A DNA stretch of 63,792 bases, counting the filler, from Reticulomyxa filosa (Eukaryota > Protista > Foraminifera): assembly GCA_000512085.1 (NCBI GenBank). It is 23 parts of 23 records of this genome, joined end to end, with 100 filler letters (N's around TTAATTAATTAA, not from the genome) between each part and the next. Parts side by side here need not be neighbours in the genome. Positions count along the whole stretch, not along the records: positions 1 to 4,154 come from ASPP01012460.1; positions 4,255 to 7,029 come from ASPP01024039.1; positions 7,130 to 10,753 come from ASPP01002392.1; positions 10,854 to 12,188 come from ASPP01028460.1; 19 more parts are not named here. The stretch is one strand, 5' to 3'. The notes beneath the pieces are model-generated. The model ran no database searches. It was given only the letters and a program-made list of their open reading frames with translations, and was not told the DNA's origin. Of the stretch, positions 1 to 12,188 are shown piece after piece (the first letter of the stretch is position 1; each line of letters starts with the position of its first letter). The position numbers and the translations under genes are program-made.

Positions 1-19
1 ATATATATATATATATATG

Positions 20-766
20 TGCAATTTCACTGGAGTGGCTCCAAATTTTTCATCGGGTACTCTGAGCACTTTGACGGGCCAGCTGATGTGACATTTTTCA
101 GATCTTTCACCGGACACATGGATTTCCAATGACAATGTATCAGATCCAATTGTGCTGCGTTCATTGCTATTATCTCGCTCATTGATGAAAGCATTCAATT
201 GTTGACTCACTTCTTTGGGATTAGCATGGACAATACACATCCACTCTGGCTCGTTGTCAAACTGATGTTTTCGAATTGGACACTGCTTGCAGCTGTCGAC
301 ACACAACGGCATGCTCTCCGATGTGTCTATCTTTTGCTCTTTGAATAATGCTGTTAAATCATGCTGAGGGCACACCACTGCACCCTGCAATGCATTTTCC
401 ATACCACTTCCACTTTCTTTGCAATGTTCAAAAATGTATTTATTTATTTATTTGCGAAATTGATGTGCTTTTGCACATTATCAATGATTTTGAGACTACA
501 AAAAAAATAACACCTTTTCAATCAACCTTAATGAGCACTTAAAAAAAAATACCTATTTTTAAAACACTTGTTTGTGTTGGTTCCAATGCTTTTTGTTGAG
601 ATACAGCCTTGGGATTCACTTCGGGATACTGACCTGGTAGTAGTACACACTCAGGTTTTTCGCCTTGGTACGGACGAAAACCATTCGTCAAGGTCGCATT
701 TGACATTTCAAAGTCACTATTAGCCTCTTTTTTTCTTTTGTGAGCCGGAATGACCAATTCGCGCAA
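20..766 (-). CDS. Hypothetical spliced protein, partial
   Basis: Open exon at about 553-766 (…KALEPTQTSVLKI) ends at a GT donor. A second long open exon at about 20-415 reads ESGSGMENALQGAVVCPQHDLTALFKEQ…WPVKVLRVPDEKF. No family recognised. Confidence 0.5.
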
Positions 767-1571
767 TTATTCTCCAACAAATGCTTTGTGGAAACGGGTT
801 ACTTGTTTTTAAAAAAATCTTTGTGGTCAGAAAAAACTTACCCTTGAACAGAATTTTCCTGGATTTAGGAATATTTTTTTTATACGCCAATTGGTCTTTG
901 TATACTCAAGTTAAGCACTTTCTGTTTTATCCATGTTCACTTTATTTAAAAAATTTTAATGAATAATCAATGGACGTACACACTTATTCTTTGCTTTTGT
1001 TTTTTTCTTTGAAAGAGAGCTCTCCACAAAAAGGACATCAACCAAAACAAAACAATGAAAAGTTTTAGTTCCGTTTGTAGGATATCGCTTGATTTTAATA
1101 ATTATGAAATATTTCATGCGTTGTAGCTAGATTGGTAGCACGATATTTTTGTTAAATTTATCAGTGTGTTAATTATACGTATGCAATTTCTTAACCTTTA
1201 AATATTCATCATGAAAAATATCGTACAATCAAAAATATACTCAGCTAAGTTTTTTTGATTATATGATGAAGTCTATAAATTACATTTCACAGATATAGCT
1301 TCTTTCCGACAGTTTAATGTTGTCTTGAATCAATTTTGAAAAAGGGGCTATTGAGAATAAATGTACCTGTTTTTGAGATGAGAGAAAGGAAATCATCCTG
1401 TCACAATACTCTGCGTATAAACCTCAAAACAAAGCATAGTAGTACCAAATGCATATCTTTCACTTTCATATTGAGAAAATTTTTCGCAAAACACTCAAAG
1501 TTTTTCGGCAAGTCCAAAAGGAGTTTCTCATTAAGGAATCTTTTTTATTGAATCAATAATTCCAAATTAAA

Positions 1572-2149
1572 ATGACTGCCTTAGATTATTATGGAGATAT
1601 CCGCAAGGAGCAAAATGAAGTTGTCTTAAATGCTGTGGCAACTGAAGAAGACTTCGCACAACAACTAGCCCATGCTCAAAAAGAGTCTCAACACGTGAGT
1701 AAACAATTCATATTTTAGCATATTTTTCTTCTGCGGAAAAATGCGTTCTAAAACGAGACCAATTCTGTCTCCCTTGAACAACTATTTTTTTTTTATTTTA
1801 ATGTGTTTGTTTCTATTTTTCCCAATGAAATCAAAAATGGTCGGGTTTGGTGTGACTCAGTTGAATTGACCACAAAATTGCAAACAAAAAAAAAAAGGTA
1901 TTTTTGGCGTTTCACAATGAAGAAAAAGGTGAAAATTGGATGATCTTGAAGCATACAATGAAAGCACTGGAAGGGGTGTACACGATTCGTTTGTGTGCTT
2001 GTCCACGAGGAAAAAGCAATGCATTAATGAAGAAGTATAAGGTCGAAAAAGATGTGGTGATTGTCTTTGATTCTAAAGGCAATGAAAAAGCAAGGTGTTC
2101 AAGTTTAATGGAACACAAATACAAAGAGTTAGTTGAAAAATTTAAATGA
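1572..2149 (+). CDS. Small thioredoxin-fold-like protein lacking CxxC (2 exons: 1572-1694, 1898-2149)
   Basis: A phase-0 GTGAGT…AAAG intron joins MTALDYY…EEDFAQQLAHAQKESQH to VFLAFHNEEKGENW…NALMKKYKVEKDVVIVFDSKGNEKAR. The pattern matches thioredoxin-like folds. Confidence 0.6.
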
Positions 2150-3221
2150 CTTTGTGTTCATCTTTTTGTGTAATGCGTGAGAATCGTGGACACATCATTT
2201 TTCATTGTTTCTCCTCTTTAAATTGAGGTGGCGAAATGTGCAATGTAATTTGTATTCAAATATCAAATGTATGCTTCTCAAACTTCTTTTTTGCGCAATT
2301 TGTATGTTGAAGAGATACTAATAAGTGACAAGCTCTTTTCATGGTCATCCATTTTCTATATTTAAAATTTGCAAAACTAATTTTCACAATCACAAATTGC
2401 TATAGCAAGAATTACAAGATGTTGTTAAGATTTAATTTTAAAAAATTATGTTGATCTCTTTGATTTTGTATTTGCAGATGATATCCACTAATAGAAATAC
2501 ATGTTTTCAAAAATAATTTAATTATCACGTGCAACATCAAATAGATTAAGTCATATTGTATGATATATATAAAACAATTAAACAAAACTCAATCAAATGT
2601 CCAGTTTTTTAATCAAATGAACGAAACAAAAAGTATTCGTTTATTTTGAAATCTTTTTTCAACTGTTAAATCATTTAGGAGCTATTATATTTGTAAAGTG
2701 ACATTTTATAAATACTCATTTCATTATACTATATAATATGATTAAATAAATAAATGACTGACAAAAATTAAGATATTCTGCTTATAGTCACATGAATTTC
2801 TTTTCAAATATAATATTTATATTGAATAATATTCATTATATGTATTACTTTTTAAGAATTTATTTCTTAAATATTTATAAGTTTGATAAAACATTTAGAC
2901 CTTGATAGTGAATATATTGTTTTAAATATTGATAAAAGTTTCTGAATATTACTTATAATTTAAATTGTAAGTGAATAAAACTACAATTGTAATATATGTA
3001 CATAACGTTGTTATTAGCACTTCTATTACAATTCTTTTTTTAACATTTGTTTATTCAAAAAGTTCATAGTTTTTGTTTATCAGTTGATAGTCTTATATTG
3101 ATAAAAAAAGTTAGATTTTGTGTAATAAAGAGTTTGTGTCTGCAATGAACCAAATGAAAGACAAATATGATAATATATTAGTGACAAGGACGGAAACGAA
3201 AGGCGTAGTGCAAACGTTCAC

Positions 3222-4120
3222 ATGTTGTTAATAATTATAATACTCCACACTTTGCTTTTGTGTATTTCTCACAGCAAAGCGGAGCGCGAATATCGAAGCA
3301 GCACAAATAGTGGCAATCCCTCAGACTATGATAATATCAACTATTCTTCCCGACCGCAGTACATATCCTCTTGGGAATCGCATGTGGTCCAGGTGGGAGT
3401 GCATTGTTTTGCAATAAAAAGCGTTTCGTTGCTGCAGCCGTCTTGTCAGCCATAGTTTAACCCCACAAAAAAAAAAAAAAAAAAAGACATAGCCAAAAAA
3501 AACAAAAAAACAAAAAAAACAAAAAAAGTTAGAAAAGGAAAACTAAAATGAAAACATTGAATAAACAAAGCCTCGGTAACAGGACAACAACGACGTACGA
3601 TGGATATGGAGTGGTGTCAATAGAAATAATAAACAACAATAAGAGTTGCTATACATGGTATCCGTATATAAACACCACCACGCCACAAGCGACAGAGGAA
3701 CTGTTTGATTCCCGATACTATGTATGCGCAAATGGCTCATTGTCTCCTTCCTATTCTCTTCGATTTGTATTTTGGTATAAGTTTTTCATCAACAGCCAAC
3801 TTACGTAAGTTGTGACAAAAGAGACCGATTGTCGAGTACCAAAACCACCACCACAACAAAACAAACAAAGCTATCCTCCCTCCCTCCCGTCTCTCTTTCA
3901 AAGGGGTCTACTTTTCAAAAACAAAACAAAACATAATTTTTTTTTTTAACAAAAAAAAAAGGAAGAATGGATCGACGCAGCACAAAGCAAGGACATTCCA
4001 ATGAACGATTTACACAACGATAGTGTATATATAACGCAAAGCAGCTCTGGGCATTGTTTGCAATCAGATGAAACAAATAATATCACCTATTTTGAATGGA
4101 CTTATCTTCAAATCAGTTTA

Positions 4121-4152
<32 letters not shown>

Positions 4153-4154
4153 CT
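3222..4154 (+). CDS. Secreted/membrane hypothetical protein, N-terminal part, multi-exon
   Basis: Hydrophobic signal-like start MLLIIIILHTLLLCISHSKA, followed by open exons near 3582-3804 and 3963-4115 bounded by GT/AG sites. Confidence 0.5.
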
Positions 4155-4254
4155 NNNNNNNNNNNNNNNNNNNNNNNNNNNNNNNNNNNNNNNNNNNNTT
4201 AATTAATTAANNNNNNNNNNNNNNNNNNNNNNNNNNNNNNNNNNNNNNNNNNNN
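4155..4254. other. Artificial contig-joining linker (first of 22)
   Basis: 44 N + TTAATTAATTAA (stops in all six frames) + 44 N. Identical 100-bp copies start at 4155, 7030, 10754, 12189, 13516, 14828, 16022, 17661, 18761, 23573, 26335, 32822, 35831, 37141, 39365, 42124, 43251, 47288, 55171, 57660, 58782 and 62553. Confidence 0.98.
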
Positions 4255-5455
4255 TTTTTTTTTTTTTAAAACCAGAAAGTTCCGAAGCATGGGTTACCAT
4301 GGCAGAGGTAGGATATATCCCAACAAGACCACCAATCAAATTGACGATGCCATGGGAATACAATTCTCGAGTGGAGACTGGACTGTCATATTCCAACGCG
4401 CGATCAGAGGTCACATTTTTTTTTTTTAAACCATTTTATACGAGCCATTGTGAAAGGGGTTTTTTTTTCGGAAGGGGAGGAGAAGAAAAAAAGATTAGGA
4501 AAAAAAGAAGAACGAACTAAAGGGGGAAAAAAGTTATACCAGTAGTTGTGTAGTGAAGAGAACAATAGCTACGCAAAAGGATTGCAACAAGAATAAATTG
4601 GGATGGCGAACGACGAGAGCAGGATTGAGATAAGACAAAGGACTTGGGAAGTGAAGGGAGATAGGGCCAACGATCATGTCACTGGAAAAAATATTTTCAT
4701 TCCAAACATGAACCCACAGCACGGATAACACCAGCACCAAGGGGATGAACAACGACACAATTAGCGAGCGACATTTGAATTTGAAATGGTAGAGACGTTG
4801 GAACAGTACCTTTTCTGCAACCAACCACGACACAAATATCATCACACTACAGCTGACCGCGATCCAACTCATCTCATTCCATTCCGCTTTTGTGCCCTTT
4901 TTCTCCAAGTCGTCATTATTCCATGTGCGATTTTTATTTCCTGGATTCATCCTCAACGCACTTTTTATTTCCAACAACGCCATTCGCAACACTGCACCAC
5001 AAGTAAATCCAAGCCATACTCCATACGTAAAGAATGACACAAGCAAATCCATTCCAAGAATTGCCAGTCCAAAATAAAATAAACCTTTTTTTTTTTTTTT
5101 TTGGCAAAGCAACAATGGAAGCTACGTATACTACAAATTTCCTTCCTCTCTTCAATGCCAAAGATAAAAAAAAAAAATGCGAACCTGTCATAAAGGCAAA
5201 TGTGTTAACAGCAACAGCGTATTGTAAGGGATCATCAGTTTCAGGGAAACTTTTCATCATTGCCAGTGTCAACGTAACGGCCATTACACTCCCTCCAAAT
5301 GTCACGTGGCGAGAGGACCCACACAATGGATATATGCATAGCCCTATCAGTGAGGTATACAGTCCCATTGCAGGAGACACGCCGACTACTTTTGCGTACG
5401 CTATAATTATTCATTTTTTTTTTTAAACATTATAACATATTACACATTTTTATTT

Positions 5456-5486
<31 letters not shown>

Positions 5487-5722
5487 GGAGAAGGATTGAA
5501 CAGAGGGAGAAACGAATAAAAACACAAGAGACACCAATGTACTGCTGTACCTATCGCCTCAATAATCACCATTGCTACAGCCTTCAAACTCGTTTTGACA
5601 TCCACTTTCAATTGCTCTTTTGAATACGTGCTGATCCAAGATCGCACATGGAACAACCATAGCACTTTCTCTATCACACGCTTCGCATTCAAGCTTGATC
5701 TCGTCTCTTTCTCGTCTTCGTC
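4255..5722 (-). CDS. SLC26/SulP anion (sulfate) transporter, partial, multi-exon
   Basis: Spliced motifs SWISTYSKEQLKVD, AYAKVVGVSPAMGLYTS…GSSRHVTFG, GFTCGAVL and RELYSHGIVNLIGG follow the order of SulP transmembrane signatures. Confidence 0.85.
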
Positions 5723-6248
5723 CTATTAGGTTCATTGTATCGCACGTGCCAAAAAACCAGACCGCTCGCCATTAGTCATTCTTGGACGTCACAAACAGTG
5801 ACCGCTCCTTTCCCCTCACCCCCTTTTTTTTACTTTTTTCCTGCACGACAACAACAACTCACAACCTACAACAAATCCCAAAGTGATTTCTAACTTCGAT
5901 CAGGTGAAAAGTAGGATCGTTAGCAATCCAATGTTTGTTCCTGCCAGCTGTGCTCGGTCGAGATTTTCCAAGGGGAGCAGTTGGTGACGCATTTATATTG
6001 TTATTCTGGTCACAATTCTCTGTCATCATTTCTCAACTGATTTTCTCTTTGTATTTATTCTATTACCCTGACAACGGTCGCCCTTCCTCCCTTTTTTTTT
6101 TTGGACTTCACTCTGCGCTTATTTGAACCGTCTTGTCAGTAGGTTTGAGGATTTCTGTTCCTTTTTGGTTTACTTGATTTGATTAAAAATGAAAAACTAT
6201 TTCTTTTTTAAAGTTTGGAGGGGAGCAATTTAAAAAAAGATTGAAAAT

Positions 6249-7029
6249 ATGTGTTCTCCATGCAATGTTTTGATATTTGGGGATATATGTGGACAATGGG
6301 ACCATGCTGTGAGCATAGTTGAAAAGGTAAACGAAAGAAATGGACCGTTTGATTTTGCCTTTTTTGTGGGAAGATTCTTTGCGAACGAGGAGGAAGAAGT
6401 TGGGGAAAGGATGTCAAAAATGGAAAAATTGAAATTATTTTTGACAAACGAAAATTGATACCGTTGCCATGTTATTTTATTGTATCGAGTGGAGCTGACT
6501 TTGCGTTGTTGGATGAGATATACTCATATGTGGAAAATGAAAAGAAGAAGCAAAAGGAGAGCCAAGGGGACGACAGCAACAATAATGCGAATGAAAAAGA
6601 GAAAGAAACAAGTGCGGATATTGATGAAGGCTTTGAGTTGTGTCAAAACTTGCATTATTTGGGAAGATTTGGAATGAAGACTTTACGGAACAATGGTAGA
6701 GAATTAACAGTATCTTATCTAAGCGGGATGTATGATGTGACGCAACTAAATCAAGTAAGATTTGAACGAACTGATCCATTTTATAGGTCGGGTGATATAA
6801 GAAATGGCCTGAAAAAAATGTGGTGCAGCACGGAGCAAGTCTCGATACGCACCACTCCCATTATCCTCAGCACGCACATTCGCAACATCATCGTTCTCCC
6901 GTGAACGAATGCGACTTATTTCTATGTAATGAATGGCCTTTGGGCATGCCAGGTACAGTTATTCAGCCGTTGTAAGATGGATTTTTTTTTTTTTTTTTTT
7001 TTTTGTTTTTGGTTTAATGACACCAAAAA
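6249..7029 (+). CDS. CWF19L1: CWF19-like protein 1 (Drn1-like, pseudo-metallophosphoesterase N-terminus), partial; two frame breaks at A-runs
   Basis: VLIFGDICGQW…VNERNGPFDFAFFVGRFF, IPLPCYFI, NLHYLGRFG, VSYLSG and CDLFLCNEWPLG match the CWF19L1 N-terminal domain. Frames join if one A is added near 6452 and near 6815. Confidence 0.8.
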
Positions 7030-7131
7030 NNNNNNNNNNNNNNNNNNNNNNNNNNNNNNNNNNNNNNNNNNNNTTAATTAATTAANNNNNNNNNNNNNNN
7101 NNNNNNNNNNNNNNNNNNNNNNNNNNNNNAT

Positions 7132-7354
7132 AATCATATTGACAAAATTCATTCGGAATTAAAGTGTGACAATGTTTATATTCATTGCTTGTCTGGTGCT
7201 CATAGAAGTCCTTTTATTACTGGTTGTTATCTCGCCAAATATGTTGGAATGAAGAATAAATGTTCAAAATATATTTAATCACATACATCAATTGAGAAAT
7301 ATTGTTCAGCCTTTAACTTATCCACGACGTTTGTATCAATATTCAACATATTGA
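7132..7354 (+). pseudogene. Dual-specificity phosphatase C-terminal fragment with frameshift
   Basis: VYIHCLSGAHRSPFITGCYL contains the HCxxGxxRS catalytic loop. After a frame change near 7270 it continues IFNHIHQLRNIVQP. Could equally be a sequencing error. Confidence 0.7.
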
Positions 7355-7451
7355 GTCCAAATGAACCCATTACATTACAAATTTGTCCTTTTTATTTATG
7401 GCATCCAACTTTCTTTTTTTTTTGGAAATATATTCAACTCAAATATTACAA

Positions 7452-7838
7452 TATAATTCAAAGTAAAGTTGACACATAAAACGGAACCTTTAGAGATTAT
7501 TGATTTTCTACACGAAAAAATAACATTCAGACCTAATCTTTTTTTTACAAATATCTATGCATTAAGAACTTTCTGAAAATGCTTTAAAAAAAGTTGATAA
7601 GTTTCATGGTTACGACGTAGGCACTATTGTCAACTTTTTCTCGAAAATTTTCGAAAATCAATAAAATATTCAAATTTTTTAAACAATTAGTAAAGATTTA
7701 ATAAAAAAACAAAATGATGTAAAAAGTACACGATTTGTAGATATTTTTTAAAAAAATTAGGTCTAAATGTTGTTTTTTCATGTAGAAAATCAATATCTAT
7801 ATAAGGTACCTTTTAGGTGAACTTTACTTTGCATTATA
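7452..7838. mobile_element. MITE-like non-autonomous element with about 105-bp imperfect terminal inverted repeats
   Basis: Left arm TATAATTCAAAGTAAAGTTGAC…TGATTTTCTACACGAAAAAATAACATTCAGACCTAAT…AAATATCTA is the reverse complement, with scattered mismatches, of TAGATATTT…ATTAGGTCTAAATGTTGTTTTTTCATGTAGAAAATCA…GTGAACTTTACTTTGCATTATA. No ORF inside. Confidence 0.7.
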
Positions 7839-8269
7839 CTTCATAGACATAAAAATGCAGTGAATGAAATAGATTATTTGGCATTTGGCAAATAGTCAAT
7901 TACGAACATATTAGCATTGTCTTGTCTAATTGTGTGCAAATTATGTCTTTATTTCTGATTAGATTGTTTTTTTTTACTTTCATTAATAAGTTAGTAGATG
8001 GCAAGTTTCCTTTTTCACTTTCATAAAAACTTTCCTTGTTTTTTTGTCTTTGCATTTTGGGGATTATTTAATCTCATCACATAATGAATCATTTTTTCTA
8101 TTAAATAATAAAACTATGAAAAAGCTATCTATTCCTTTTTTCCTCGTTAGTGACTGAAATTTTATATATGAAATTGTTTAATTGTAAGCATATAGAATAT
8201 AATATGTATAACTACGCGATTTTTAGTTATATTTTCACCCTAGACTCTATCTTTCTTTTTTCCAATCAT

Positions 8270-9000
8270 TTGCATACAGGAACAAATAAAATTTTACCTA
8301 AGTGTTTCATATGGTTGATCATATTTATTGTTATCGATCCAAACAAATGAAATTTTTCCTTTCCATTGTTTGTTGAGGACCAGACCCATTTAATGCGACT
8401 CACACAATCGAAATTCCATGTTCAATATACTCTTGGAAATTGGCTGTTGAAATTTGATTAAATAATAGTAAATCTCTGTACTTTAATAAATTCTTTCAAT
8501 CGTGGTGCAATAATTTCATCTTGAAAAAGTAACTTGTGGTTCATCAAACTGGCGATATAATTTTATCACCCCTTTTACACACAAAAACATACAAATATTT
8601 GTATGTGTCCAATAAAGTTTCAGACCATCTTCAGATTGAACTAATCCAACAATTTCTTCTCTCATTGCATTGTCCATTTTGAATACTACAGCAATAGCAG
8701 AATTTGAGACCAGATTTTGCGCTTCCTTGTGAAATCTTCCACTTCAGATACTTGTAAAATAGTCATAATGAGCAATTCATTTTTCACAATCCAAGAGACA
8801 TATTTTGTTCTTTTTCCAAATCTCCATTCACGAAATACTTAATTGTTGGCAAATTTTGAATAGAATATTTTGTTAAGAGATTGCTACTCTATGAAACGTT
8901 AATTTTCACTAAAAATGTATCTGATCCAGCTTTTTCAAATTTTAATTGCATAGCTTTGCAGTGTTCACACCATGAGTGTGTAAAATTCTACTAAAAACAC
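8270..9000 (-). pseudogene. Protein disulfide isomerase pseudogene
   Basis: Minus strand reads VFLVEFYT/(frameshift)SWCEHCKAM…VKINVS*SSNLLTKYSIQNLPTIKYFVNG (WCEHC at 8958-8972), later FHFVWID. Contains stops and frameshifts. Confidence 0.75.
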
Positions 9001-9526
9001 GCTTATGAAGCAAAACTGGATTTATTTAAACTTTTAACAAATTCTTGTTCTGCTGCTTTTAAAGTTAGAAATAATAGAGGAAGCAATAACCATCTTAGGT
9101 AACATTTTCTAGCCAGTTTTGGGAAAAAAGTGGATCAGTCGTTTACACCAGAACGGCTGAGGATCAGCTAGATTAAGAATCTGTTTTATTTTTGTTTGTT
9201 TGTTTGAATTGAAAAAATTGTAATTCTTTTTTGAATTTAAGCGAAAGAAATTTTGAGTAACTTGTTTAAATAAAATTTTGACAATATGAAATGAGAATGT
9301 GGCTATTTTATGATTGATGTTAATCTTCTTGTTGAATAGTAATCATTTTGTCAGTGGAACTAATATCCGAAGCATTATTACTAAAAATTGATTCAAAACG
9401 TTAAAAATTTGCTTTAAAATCAAGTTTGGTTGGAAAAAGAGTGAAAGGGAACAGCCATTCTGAGCTACCCTTAAAAAATAAACGGGTATGCAAAAGTACA
9501 ACCAAACACACCGTTTTTTTTTTTAG

Positions 9527-10753
9527 TTAAGATTCATCTTTTTCTTCGAATTCGTGTTTTGACTCATTCGTGCAGCCTTCGGATTCACCCCATTGACCAT
9601 GACAAGTTTGACAAACTTGTTCACACCCACTGTCTTCATCGTTTGGTTTGTCCAATGGTACAATTGCTTTACAACATGACCAGTGTAACTTACAACCAAG
9701 GGACGGATCCAATTGATCGCAGCACGTCCATTTTTCTTTGCATGTCTTGTCAGAGCCAAAAGGTTGTTTGCAACACGAATATCGTTCCTTGCATCCCTTC
9801 GAGCCTGGTTCTCCATTGCAACATTTAAGTTTGCAACCTTTTGCTAACGCATCAGCATCGATTCTGCAACAATTCCATCTGTCGCAGCAACCCTCACTTT
9901 TTTCATCTCCTAGACAGCACACGTACCGCTTCACTTCTGTGCATCCACTTTCATCCGTAGATTTCGTGCAGCTGCGACATTTTTTCACACAGCCAGCGGA
10001 CCCTGTGGGCTTGTAACAACATGTATAGTAACTTTCATATTCAAAATCCACATCGCATCCATCCGAGTCAGGGGTGCTTCGGCCGCAAGACGAACAAGTG
10101 CCTGAAGTATTGGTACATGACGGGTGCAACATGCCAAGACACGTCTTGACGTGTGATGCGCCACCACGATGGCCACTTCTCTCGCAACAATTACTACAAT
10201 GATAGTAAGTACTGTCAACGTAAATCTCACTGGAACATTTTCCACAACGCCAGGTTGAAACCCAGCTTGCTATTCAATTTTTTTGTATCAAGCAATTTCA
10301 AACTTTTTTTTGATTTGTCGTTGCAAGCAACTGAAAAATACATTTTTTGGATAGGAACAAGTTTCTTTTTTTTTAACTTAAAGAGTATGTGTGACAACCC
10401 AAGTCTCCTTTACCACATTTCGAGCACTTCCTTGAAGTCGTCATGCTCCGGTGTTTTTTTGTGTGACCTTTAATTCTTTGTGACGTGCCACCTTCATGGG
10501 CGCGATATACATCTTTGTTATGCTGCATTTCACTGCGAATGGGCTTGTTATGGAATTTTTCTTTTTGTCCGGGATGATGCAACGAGTCGTCCGGATGATA
10601 CCATTCCAACTCGTGACTTGGATCGTGAATTGGTTCTTTCTCGCCGGGATGCACTTGCTTTGGTTCCACTCCGTTTTTGTGAACTTTCTTTGCGCCCAAG
10701 TGGCACTTGACATCATCCGAAAACCGGGGCTCTCCAACCAAGCTGCATTTTTG
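9527..10753 (-). CDS. His/Cys-rich repeat zinc-binding protein (Btk-motif-like repeats), 5' truncated; intron 10270-10377
   Basis: A phase-1 intron (TTA A|GT…TAG|CA AGC) joins an xH(P/N)x-repeat exon to an exon of repeated (W/Y)xCC-x(7-15)-GC units that ends at the stop at 9527. Confidence 0.8.
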
Positions 10754-11937
10754 NNNNNNNNNNNNNNNNNNNNNNNNNNNNNNNNNNNNNNNNNNNNTTA
10801 ATTAATTAANNNNNNNNNNNNNNNNNNNNNNNNNNNNNNNNNNNNNNNNNNNNAAGATATCGTTTTAGACGTTCAGTTTTCTTTGCAACCTACTGTACAT
10901 ATTATTTGTTATTTTTTTATCAATGAAAGATAGATAATATATTAAATTTAAATTGGACATCCTCAATTTTTTTGTTTTAAATACTTTGAAACATTCATTT
11001 TTTATCAAATCAACTATTTTATACTCTCATGCTCATCACAACGTAACTTTATTGCATTATTTGCAATTTGACTGCAAAGACAGCAAAATTAATGTGTTTA
11101 GTTTGCTGTTTGTTGAACAAAATACAGTCTTTATTGTAATAGCTAGAACTTGAAAAAGATTATATTTTTTTCTTCTCCTTCCACGCTCAAAGTTAATGAT
11201 TTTTTTACAAAATTTTTGCTTTGTCATGAAAAGTTCTGTTAAGAAAAGGAATTGTATTAATTTTTTTTTGAAAGACAATGAATAGAAGGAGCATTTTGGA
11301 AATTCAGAATACACAAAAGTTTTTGATTCCTTTCTTTACATAATCGCTGTTTTAGAATAAGTTCATCAAGGCGGTAATATATACTTAGATTTAATAAATT
11401 ACTTTGTTCACACATAATAACATTGTTATTAATTCACTAAAATTTGGAATTTAAAAACACGAAATAACATACCGAAAAAACATGAATTATTAATAATTTG
11501 TATGACTTAAATATGATCTTACAATCAAATGAAGGAACAAAGTTAGATAATATGGAAATGCTTACTTTTTTTTCTTCTTTCTCAAATAACTACTGTAATA
11601 ATATCAAAAGTATCAAGTATTTTCATTTGAAACAGATTCAATTTCTGAAGACAAGACAGTTACATTTTAACATCACATTTTTTATTACACAAAAACCTTT
11701 TTAATAGTGTGACTCCAGCGCAAAAATGATATGAAAAGGAGAATGAAATTTTTTTTTCATTATCAAAACTAATCAGCTTTCGTCAGTGTAATCATTAGTT
11801 TTGTTATAAGTATTGATTTTGATTTTTTGTGAGATTATCAAAGTACTTTAAACGAACGACTTTTTCATGTCATTCTCCCTTTTAAAAAAATCTAAACTAC
11901 TTCATAGTTCATCAACATTAACAATCAAATTACCTAC

Positions 11938-12188
11938 TTTCAACCTTTGAAGGAGTTGCCCACTCCACTTTTTCATTCTCAATGTGTGCTACACAAACAT
12001 GAACTCCTCATTTGTGGAGGTTTTAAACAAAGAGCTTGTTATTCTTATCATACACTCAAAAAAGAATACAAGTTTATCTGTAAGTATCCAAGTGATGTTC
12101 AATTAGAAGGATACTGTGTAGTGAAACTGGTAGATAGCAACAGTGACAACGACAAAGACAACAATCAAATCACTTTGTTGTCTTTTGG
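11938..12188 (+). CDS. Kelch-like beta-propeller family protein, partial
   Basis: FQPLKELPTPLFHSQCVLHKHELLICGG…CYSYHTLKKEYKFICKYP fits the kelch repeat pattern (hydrophobic-GG…Y). A paralogous fragment lies at 37242. Confidence 0.7.
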
